Positions 8,354 through 14,115 of a DNA stretch of 14,115 nt are shown here, in pieces. A program made the translations under genes and the position numbers. The notes under the pieces were generated by a model. That model was given only the letters and a program-made list of their open reading frames with translations, was not told the origin of the DNA and did not search any database. This DNA is from a virus. The DNA lies in UHGV virus genome UHGV-0305805; one strand, given 5' to 3'. The first letter of the stretch is position 1. Every line of letters starts with the position of its first letter.

Positions 8354-8711
8354 GTTTACCCCCCTGAATGACCTGATAACCGCAACTGGTCAGCAACTCG
8401 ATAAATTCCGGCAGTGTGCCGAAACAGCAATCATCACGCAGCCGTTCACAGGATACCTCGACGCCGTTTTCGTAGTGACTCACCATACATCCGGTAAAAT
8501 GCAGATCATCATCGTGATGGCTCGTTGACGGCTTAATCAGTCGCGCACGTTCCGCCAGTTCCAGCAATGCTTCAACGCTTCCGGCAATTGCACCATCCGG
8601 CAGGTGATAATTACGCACTATGCGCCCGTTCTCCACATTGACCAGCAACTGCCCGGTAAATTTCTCATCAAACTGAATGCTGTTAAGGTCAGAAATTGAC
8701 AGATTATGCAT
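8346..8711 (-). CDS. Hypothetical protein (121 aa)
   Basis: ATG at 8709-8711 preceded by a perfect AGGAGG at about 6-nt spacing. The ORF track extends it to 8729. Confidence 0.6.
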   Translation of the reverse strand: MHNLSISDLNSIQFDEKFTGQLLVNVENGRIVRNYHLPDGAIAGSVEALLELAERARLIKPSTSHHDDDLHFTGCMVSHYENGVEVSCERLRDDCCFGTLPEFIELLTSCGYQVIQGGKHA

Positions 8712-8928
8712 GGTGCACCTCCTGCACATCAGCCATGATAATTTTTCCGGCCTTATCCAGTGCCTGATCGGCTTTTAGCTGCACAAATGCTAAATAATGG
8801 AAGATGCATTCTGATTCTCTGGCTGCGTGTTTATGCGCCCTGTCAGCAATAACAGAAATATCAATAAGCGCGTGCATCAGCGTAGTGAGCGCGGCGGCGG
8901 CTGCGTCCGGTGTGGTTTTATTGCACAT
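8704..8928 (-). CDS. Hypothetical protein (74 aa)
   Basis: ATG at 8926-8928 preceded by GGAGGGG. The ORF track extends it to 8982. Confidence 0.5.
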   Translation of the reverse strand: MCNKTTPDAAAAALTTLMHALIDISVIADRAHKHAARESECIFHYLAFVQLKADQALDKAGKIIMADVQEVHHA

Positions 8929-9148
8929 GTACCCCTCCGCATTTTTTTTCGTTAGAAATAAGCGTTCTTCTTTCCTGTTCATCGCTCAGGAATACGCAGA
9001 CCTCACCGCTAAGGCGTTTAAGTAAGCCGATGATTGCCCCTGATTCGCTGTCGGTCATCATGCCAGGGTAATCCTCTGCCAGTGCGCAAATAACTTCGAT
9101 TTGGTGGGCGCGTTCTGCTGCCTGTTGTAGTGTGATTTCCTGGCTCAT
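8918..9148 (-). CDS. Hypothetical protein (76 aa)
   Basis: ATG at 9146-9148 preceded by GGGGGTAGG; ATGA overlap with the upstream ORF. Confidence 0.55.
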   Translation of the reverse strand: MSQEITLQQAAERAHQIEVICALAEDYPGMMTDSESGAIIGLLKRLSGEVCVFLSDEQERRTLISNEKKCGGVHVQ

Positions 9149-9345
9149 AAGCCTACCCCCTGACGAATACGGGCAGCAAATACCATCACGCAGCCAGCCG
9201 GAGATTGCTGGCGTGCTTCCTGTTCGCTGGTGGCCTCAATGGTAATCACGCGCGGTTGTGCCGTGCTCAGGGCGATAAAACGCCAGATGTATTTATTCAG
9301 GTTGTGCGAGTCCCGCCCTTGCGGGTGTGTGGTATGATTTCTCAT
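9145..9345 (-). CDS. Hypothetical protein (66 aa), first gene of the leftward operon
   Basis: ATG at 9343-9345 preceded by GAGGTAG. It is the C-terminal part of a 340-aa ORF in the track that I regard as spurious upstream of this start. Confidence 0.5.
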   Translation of the reverse strand: MRNHTTHPQGRDSHNLNKYIWRFIALSTAQPRVITIEATSEQEARQQSPAGCVMVFAARIRQGVGL

Positions 9346-9441
9346 AGCTACCTCGATACTTTCGCTATCGTTGGTGGTTAGAAGCCCGGTTAGTGTTAGC
9401 GCACTGCCGGGTTTCGTCGTTTCTGCACCTTGCGCCAACAA

Positions 9442-9495
9442 GGTGTTGAACACCAATTTAAACCCAGGTGTTAAACACGTCAAGTGTTGAACACT
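9442..9495. promoter_or_regulatory. Three palindromic operator-like sites, GTGTT-N-AACAC, between divergent promoters
   Basis: GGTGTTGAACACC at 9442-9454, GTGTTAAACAC at 9468-9478, AGTGTTGAACACT at 9483-9495; centres 25 and 16 bp apart. The third overlaps a -35-like TTGAAC for the rightward gene. Confidence 0.6.
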
Positions 9496-9544
9496 TATTT
9501 TTTTTCCTGCATACTGCATTTGTTTTTTATGAGGGGTACACCAC

Positions 9545-9724
9545 ATGGCGACAAAAGCGGTAAACGCAAAATCACAAACCGTTGCGGCAAGGGTTCCGCA
9601 TGAAGTTATGAACAATGTTGAGGCGGTAAAAATGCCTGGCGAAAGTACGGGGCAATTTGTTACTGCGGCATTAAAACGAGAAGTTGAATATCGCCAGCGG
9701 CGCAAGGCCAAAGAACCAGAGTAA
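9545..9724 (+). CDS. Ribbon-helix-helix (Arc/CopG-like) DNA-binding protein, candidate repressor
   Basis: 59 aa, ATG preceded by GAGGGG at 8-nt spacing. Sequence fits a beta-strand (TVAARVPHEV) followed by two helices; basic C-terminus. Below the 60-aa cutoff of the ORF track. Confidence 0.55.
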   Translation: MATKAVNAKSQTVAARVPHEVMNNVEAVKMPGESTGQFVTAALKREVEYRQRRKAKEPE

Positions 9725-9781
9725 TCACCATCAGCGCCGTGGTGTAAGGTATTACGGCGCATTGCTATGCAGGACAACACA

Positions 9782-9955
9782 ATGACCGATAAAGAATTGA
9801 CCAAAACATTATCACCGGCACGGAAAAGACGGCGCAGAAAGATAGAGCATGAATCAGAAAGATTCGCGCCATGTGCTTTTGCCCTTGAGCAATTCCTTAA
9901 AGAGTACAGGGAAAAGCGCTCATTGCAGGTATGGCAACGAACTGAACCAGACTGA
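9782..9955 (+). CDS. Small basic protein (57 aa), possibly co-transcribed with the ribbon-helix-helix gene
   Basis: ATG at 9782 with AGGA about 9 nt upstream; arginine/lysine-rich (ARKRRRRKIEHE). Coding status uncertain. Confidence 0.3.
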   Translation: MTDKELTKTLSPARKRRRRKIEHESERFAPCAFALEQFLKEYREKRSLQVWQRTEPD

Positions 9956-10050
9956 TTGCATTGCCCACCAGCCTGATAACGGCTATCATCCCCGTGCTTA
10001 TGTTTGGGATCACACACACAAACGGCGCAGCGGGTTATCTGTTCAGAAAG

Positions 10051-10078
10051 GCGGCTCCATTTCGGGGCCGCTTTTTTT
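10051..10078 (+). terminator. Intrinsic terminator ending the rightward transcript
   Basis: GCGGCTCC-attc-GGGGCCGC followed by seven T. Confidence 0.65.
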
Positions 10079-10224
10079 ATACCTGAAAAACCCCAATTTT
10101 GTTGTTTTTCAGTTTCACCAGGGCGAACGAATCCCCGCCCACGTTCTGGCGTATATTCAATCTTCATGGTTATAGCTCTGTGTTCAGATGATTGATGTGT
10201 GGCGGCTGCGTGCCGCCAGCGTGA

Positions 10225-10413
10225 TTAATGAACTGCCTTGCAGCTATCCTTCCAGGCCAGAACCTCGGATAAAGACCAGCCAACGGAACGACCGCCAAGT
10301 TTACGACGTGATGGGAATTGTCCGGCCTTTTCCAGGCGGTAGCGACACGTACGGCTAAGGCCGGTTAGTTTTTCGCATTCTTTTTCACGTATAAACCGAT
10401 CAGTGCTTAACAC
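10225..10413 (-). CDS. alpA: AlpA-family phage regulatory protein (helix-turn-helix activator)
   Basis: Contains EKLTGLSRTCRYRLEKAGQFPSRRKLGGRSVGWSLSEVLAW, matching the AlpA helix-turn-helix signature. Likely start is GTG at 10411-10413 preceded by AGGGGGG; the ORF track extends it to 10494 with a TTG start. Confidence 0.8.
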   Translation of the reverse strand: MLSTDRFIREKECEKLTGLSRTCRYRLEKAGQFPSRRKLGGRSVGWSLSEVLAWKDSCKAVH

Positions 10414-10686
10414 TATTGCCCCCCTTTCGTTTCTTAAAGAGTCATCAGGTGTCTTATTGTGTCGTATTGTTCCCGCTAGAGTGATGAATGGCAAATACTG
10501 AGGATGTATGATTTACAGAAAATGAAACAGTAAGAATAAAATCTTTTAAATTCATGTTAATACAAAGGCATAAAATATTGTTCCATGCCTTTTTTCTCGC
10601 TCTTTAAAGAGTGATTCGCTAGTGTACAAAAAACCAGTAACGCATTAAAAATCAGCCACTTATAAATCCGTACGCTTTTTCGCCTC

Positions 10687-10730
10687 TTGTTCGTAGTTGT
10701 TCCACATTGTTGCTCATTGTTGCACGTTGT
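10687..10730. promoter_or_regulatory. Phased TTGTT[C/G] hexamers (x4, exactly 10-bp spacing) ending in the complement of CAACGTGCAACAA
   Basis: TTGTTC at 10687 and 10697, TTGTTG at 10707 and 10717; the 13-mer at 10717-10729. Located between the integrase stop and alpA, in opposite orientation to the other three clusters. Confidence 0.4.
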
Positions 10731-10778
10731 ATCTGTTCGCATATCCAGTATGCGCATACTGAAAAAACACGAAAAAAA

Positions 10779-12008
10779 TTATTTTCTTCTGGCTACGGGT
10801 AGCGTGGTTACGTTTTCATGTGTTCCCGCCAGTATCCCTAACCGCTCCGTCCACATATCCAGCGCATTGCGTTTCGCATCCAGATAACGGGAATGATTAT
10901 AAACTCGCTGCATTCCTGGCATCTGGTGGCCTGTAAGCTGCTCCACGACATGCGGATCAACGCCTAAATCGTTCAGCATGGTTGTAAAGGTGCGCCGGAT
11001 GTCATGCAGTGACCAGTGAGGGTGATTAAGCCTCCTGTACGCTAATCTTCCATACTGCGATACGCTGGCCTCCTGTTTCACTTCCCCCAGCAATAAGCCC
11101 GTGTGCCTGTTCTGCTCCACCAGCTGCGTGACGAACGGCAGGATCGCTTCCGGTATGGGCCGGAATATTGCGACCTTCGTTTTGCTGTGCTCCTTCGGAA
11201 CGGTCCATAGCATTTCCGTAAAATCCCACTCCCCGATCTCCGATAACCTCAGTTCTACCGTTCTGGCTCCGAAGACAATCAGGAGGCGGATTAACGCGAC
11301 GTAGTAAGGGGAGAATATTTTTTTGTCCAGTGCCTGCAATAATTCGCCAAGTTCTTTGTTACTTAAGACACGTTCGCTTATATCCGGTTTTTTCCCAACG
11401 TCCGCAACGTTCAGATCGTCCAGAACGTTGCTGATTGCATAGCGCCGCCTACGGCAGAACTTAAGCGCCTGTTTGCACGCCTGTAGCACGAATCCGGCAG
11501 TAACAGGCGTTCGCTTTGCCACCTGGTCAAAACAGGCCAGCCAGTGCCGTAGCTCGCATTTATCCAGCGGCATAGCACCAATCTGCTGTATTACGTGATT
11601 ATTAAGTCGCCTTTTCAGGGCGATATAATCCACGCGGTTTTCCTTTACGTAATACTCAAGCCAGTAGGTGAGCGCATCGCCAACCGTTACGGGCTTTAAC
11701 GCTTCCTGTACGGTGTAATTCATCTCATGACGTGGATTTTTCCCCTCAGCCAGCCATGTGCGACACTGTGCGGCTTTTTCCCTGGCTGCTTTCAGGCTCA
11801 GATCAGGATAACTTCCCAGCTTAATGCGTTCGGGTCGTGTCTCCCTTCCCGTTCCGGCCCTGTATGTGAAATACCAGGTCAATTTCCCTGATGTTAAATA
11901 TTTCACGCTCAGGTTTCCGCCATCACTATAAAACGTGTTTTTCTCCGCTGGCTTACCATGAAGTTTCCTTAGCAAGGTATCGCTCAGTTTGTTCATTGCT
12001 CTGCTCAC
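10779..12008 (-). CDS. int: Tyrosine recombinase / integrase, P4-like
   Basis: 409 aa with catalytic-region motifs ARTVELR, HDIRRTF and a C-terminal YNHSRYLD tyrosine context. Start could be GTG at 12008 or ATG at 11996. Confidence 0.9.
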   Translation of the reverse strand: MSRAMNKLSDTLLRKLHGKPAEKNTFYSDGGNLSVKYLTSGKLTWYFTYRAGTGRETRPERIKLGSYPDLSLKAAREKAAQCRTWLAEGKNPRHEMNYTVQEALKPVTVGDALTYWLEYYVKENRVDYIALKRRLNNHVIQQIGAMPLDKCELRHWLACFDQVAKRTPVTAGFVLQACKQALKFCRRRRYAISNVLDDLNVADVGKKPDISERVLSNKELGELLQALDKKIFSPYYVALIRLLIVFGARTVELRLSEIGEWDFTEMLWTVPKEHSKTKVAIFRPIPEAILPFVTQLVEQNRHTGLLLGEVKQEASVSQYGRLAYRRLNHPHWSLHDIRRTFTTMLNDLGVDPHVVEQLTGHQMPGMQRVYNHSRYLDAKRNALDMWTERLGILAGTHENVTTLPVARRK

Positions 12009-12033
12009 GTTTTACCCCCTCTTTACGAAAAAG

Positions 12034-12056
12034 TGACTACACCAGTGACTACACCG
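12034..12056. repeat. 23-bp direct repeat, copy 1: TGACTACACCAGTGACTACACCG (tandem decamers)
   Basis: Exact match to 12267-12289. Sits 26-48 bp upstream of the integrase start and is followed by CAACGTGAAACAA (12076-12088) and phased GAACAA-like hexamers to about 12109. Confidence 0.8.
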
Positions 12057-12266
12057 ATCGTTGCACAAAGGGCTACAACGTGAAACAAGCTGGAACAAGG
12101 AAAATCACAAATCTGTTGATAATCAAAAACATAATGCACAGCCTGAAACATTATGAAACAGCAAAAAACACTAAATGATAAAATGCTGTTATATATAACT
12201 TATTTCGCATAACACATTGATTTAATTAAATAATTAACACCGCAAAAAGTGCCAAAAATCGCAAAA

Positions 12267-12289
12267 TGACTACACCAGTGACTACACCG
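12267..12289. repeat. 23-bp direct repeat, copy 2, followed by CAACGTGGAACAA (12309-12321)
   Basis: Exact match to copy 1. The 210 bp between the two copies is strongly AT-rich. Confidence 0.8.
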
Positions 12290-12551
12290 TTCGGTGCACT
12301 GTATGAAACAACGTGGAACAAATAGACACAAGAAATATACAGGCGGATCATCTTTCCAGGGGGAAGCACACCAATTCATGAGGGGCGTTAATGTCGATAT
12401 GGGGATCCCCACCTACCGGAATTTTTTTCCGGTTAAACGTTAATCAGGCTGGTGGGCTTTACCTGTTCGGTAGGTGTTATGATTATCGTAATACCTTTCC
12501 CCCAATGGGGTAAAAGCATCAACCGTAACGAAAGTCGTTATGGTTGCCACT

Positions 12552-12662
12552 GATACCCCAAATTTGGGTATCACGAGTAAGCCCCAAAATCTGGGTGTTA
12601 CTCTTACTACCCAAACTACGGGTAGTTTCCGTAGTTTCATGGTCGAGTTGCAGATCTGCAAC
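12552..12662. repeat. Cluster of four palindromes/hairpins in a gene-free region
   Basis: GATACCCCAAATTTGGGTATC (12552-12572); a CCCAAA...GGG unit near 12582-12597; ACTACCC-aaactac-GGGTAGT (12606-12626); perfect palindrome GTTGCAGATCTGCAAC (12647-12662). The first three share a CCCAAA-N-GGG(T) core spaced about 26 bp. Confidence 0.5.
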
Positions 12663-12918
12663 TCCCCCATTAACCACAGGCGAATTTCCGCCTTCGGTCA
12701 TTCCTTAATCATCTGCGTAATCATAATGATTATTCAGCAAGCGCAATTTTGCGCTTTGCTTAAAGTTCAGCGAGTTACCGCGCCGACTTCCTCAAATTGA
12801 GGTTTCCGAAAATATCAGCGGGTTAGCGATTAAGCTGACCATTAATTAAACTGCGAAAATGTCGTAGTTGTGAGGGGTGTAGCCAACCCATTTTTGGGCC
12901 GTCGGGAATATCAACCAG

Positions 12919-13200
12919 TTACCGCCGCAACCGCTCCGGCTTCTTCCAGTGGTACGTTATTTTCTCCTTCTCCCGATACATCTCCACGCGGCGACGGTAG
13001 GCCAGCAACTCAAGAACTCTGGTTCGTATGTTGCGCATATCCACGCCATTAAGTTCTATACCATCACGGCGCATCACCTCAGCAACAACACGCGCATAGT
13101 TTTCGGCTGTCACGCTGTCCGGCTGCGTGGCCTGTTCGTCAGCCTGCTGGCTGATTCCGGCAACGCGGCGGATTAATCCCGTTATTTCGGCTTCTGTCAT
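12919..13200 (-). CDS. Hypothetical protein (93 aa) downstream of the terminase fragment
   Basis: ATG at 13198-13200 with GAGG 8 nt upstream; starts 11 nt after the terminase-fragment stop; composition is protein-like. Confidence 0.5.
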   Translation of the reverse strand: MTEAEITGLIRRVAGISQQADEQATQPDSVTAENYARVVAEVMRRDGIELNGVDMRNIRTRVLELLAYRRRVEMYREKEKITYHWKKPERLRR

Positions 13201-13213
13201 GCTGCTGACCTCA

Positions 13214-13963
13214 TTACACCCCGCTAAATTCTTCCAGTTTCTGGCGGTGGCTGTCGCTTATATCAAAAGCAAAATCCTCATGCTCTGCCTGGAATGTACC
13301 AAACGCCATCAGCGCCGCCACGCTCGGGTCTATCTTGTTCGGTGATTTTTTCTTGTTCGGCTTGATATTGGCGTTCGCGTCACTCTGCATCACGACGTTA
13401 CTCATCGACCAGGACAACACCGGATCGCCACGATGCACAATCACCCTGCGGTTAACAAAAACTTCGAACGATTTCGCCGCCGGACTGAATCTGAGGTAGG
13501 TTTGCGGGAACGGCTCCACCTCAAAACCTGCCCCCTGTAATTGCGTTCTGAGATGCGTGGCGTTCCACGTATCAAAGCCCACCAGCCTGATATTAAATTT
13601 CTCCGCGTCCTGCATGATGTCATCTCTGATCCGGTCGTAATCAATGCAGTCGCCAGGCGTTGTGCGTATCCAGCCTGCTTTAGCCCACTGACGATAGATG
13701 GCGCGGTTTTTATTGGCGGGGTTCTGTAGCTGAAATTCCGGCAGATAGTGACGGGAAACCAGCATAATGGTTTTACCGACCGGAAAGGCATAGCACACGC
13801 TGGAAATATCGCTGGTTGATGATAAGTCCAGCCCCGCGTAACACTCCTGGCCGTGTAAATCTTCCTCCGTGAACGTTCCGGCACACTCAGCCCATGCGCC
13901 GTTACCCATCCACGGGGTAGCCCCCTGGCACCAGATATTAAATCGCTTTGTCATCATCTCCAC
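13214..13963 (-). CDS. Terminase large subunit, C-terminal nuclease domain only (N-terminal ATPase absent; truncated or rearranged)
   Basis: 249 aa with acidic nuclease-type motifs YAGLDLSSTSD, LVGFDTWN and KIDPSVAALMAF. No Walker A. The reading frame upstream is closed by a stop about 12 codons before the start, and the start lies inside an inverted repeat. Confidence 0.65.
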   Translation of the reverse strand: MEMMTKRFNIWCQGATPWMGNGAWAECAGTFTEEDLHGQECYAGLDLSSTSDISSVCYAFPVGKTIMLVSRHYLPEFQLQNPANKNRAIYRQWAKAGWIRTTPGDCIDYDRIRDDIMQDAEKFNIRLVGFDTWNATHLRTQLQGAGFEVEPFPQTYLRFSPAAKSFEVFVNRRVIVHRGDPVLSWSMSNVVMQSDANANIKPNKKKSPNKIDPSVAALMAFGTFQAEHEDFAFDISDSHRQKLEEFSGV

Positions 13964-13979
13964 CCACTGCGACGGAATA
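13922..13979. repeat. Inverted repeat, inner copy: reverse complement of 14058-14115, the last bases of the window
   Basis: Exact 58-bp match separated by a 78-bp spacer (13980-14057). The outer copy runs off the window, so the repeat may be longer. Confidence 0.9.
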
Positions 13980-14057
13980 GTGGATAAAGGCGAACCCTAA
14001 TATTGATGTTTCCGTCGATCGTGAAAAACTGGCCTCAACCATCCAGAAAGCGCGGGG

Positions 14058-14115
14058 TATTCCGTCGCAGTGGGTGGAGATGATGACAAAGCGATTTAAT
14101 ATCTGGTGCCAGGGG
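14058..14115. repeat. Inverted repeat, outer copy; the plus strand here reads the sense start of the terminase fragment (…IPSQWVEMMTKRFNIWCQG)
   Basis: Reverse complement of 13922-13979; the reading frame continues off the window. Confidence 0.9.

Noticed and set aside
9145-10167. 340-aa minus-strand ORF spanning the operator region and running antisense to the ribbon-helix-helix gene
   Set aside because: Cysteine/serine/threonine-rich low-complexity translation, no ribosome-binding site at its start, and it crosses the intergenic palindromes. Only its last 66 codons (9145-9345), which have a good ribosome-binding site, are kept.
10199-10221. GC-rich hairpin TGGCGGC-tgcgt-GCCGCCA just after the alpA stop, as a terminator
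   Set aside because: No U-tract on either strand. It may be a processing or binding site but is not a convincing intrinsic terminator.
10414-10494. N-terminal extension of alpA (MPFITLAGTIRHNKTPDDSLRNERGAI) from a TTG start
   Set aside because: No methionine codon and no ribosome-binding site, whereas GTG at 10411-10413 has a strong AGGGGGG. AlpA proteins are typically around 60-70 aa.
11891-12178. 95-aa plus-strand ORF overlapping the integrase start and arm-type repeats
   Set aside because: It overlaps the integrase N-terminus antisense and runs through the direct repeats, with no ribosome-binding site; likely spurious.
12200-12800. ORFs 12200-12412 (-), 12440-12670 (-), 12519-12701 (-) and 12540-12800 (+) in the integrase-proximal gene-free region
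   Set aside because: They overlap one another across palindromes and repeats, lack ribosome-binding sites, and have skewed composition. The region is better explained as regulatory or attachment DNA.
12380-12920. Possible tRNA or tmRNA gene as integration target
   Set aside because: I could not find a cloverleaf-compatible segment or a GGTTCGAATCC-type T-arm followed by a CCA-compatible end. Hand scanning is weak for this, so tRNAscan/ARAGORN should confirm.
1-14115. CRISPR array, transposase or insertion sequence, or a site-specific invertase that could drive inversion of the repeat-bounded segment
   Set aside because: No regularly spaced short direct repeats, no DDE transposase-like ORF, and no serine recombinase in the window; the only recombinase is the tyrosine integrase.

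Overview
The window (about 50% GC, enterobacterial-like) reads as a compact P4-like / phage-inducible-chromosomal-island-type satellite that encodes its own head and packaging genes but no tail genes. On the minus strand the order is: tyrosine integrase, AlpA-like regulator, a three-operator switch facing a divergent ribbon-helix-helix gene, seven small translationally coupled ORFs of unknown function, P4-alpha-type primase/helicase, an iteron origin, SSB, a PerC-like regulator, and an HK97-fold major capsid protein. Prohead protease, portal, head closure, head-tail connector and HNH endonuclease lie on the plus strand inside a 2.87-kb segment bounded by a perfect 133-bp inverted repeat. A terminase large-subunit nuclease-domain fragment sits at the right end next to a second inverted repeat. 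Both inverted-repeat junctions truncate packaging genes, so they are either real fold-back rearrangements or chimeric assembly joins; this is the main thing to verify. I found no tRNA, rRNA, CRISPR array or transposase. All calls rest on reading the translated ORFs and the DNA by eye; no database search was run.
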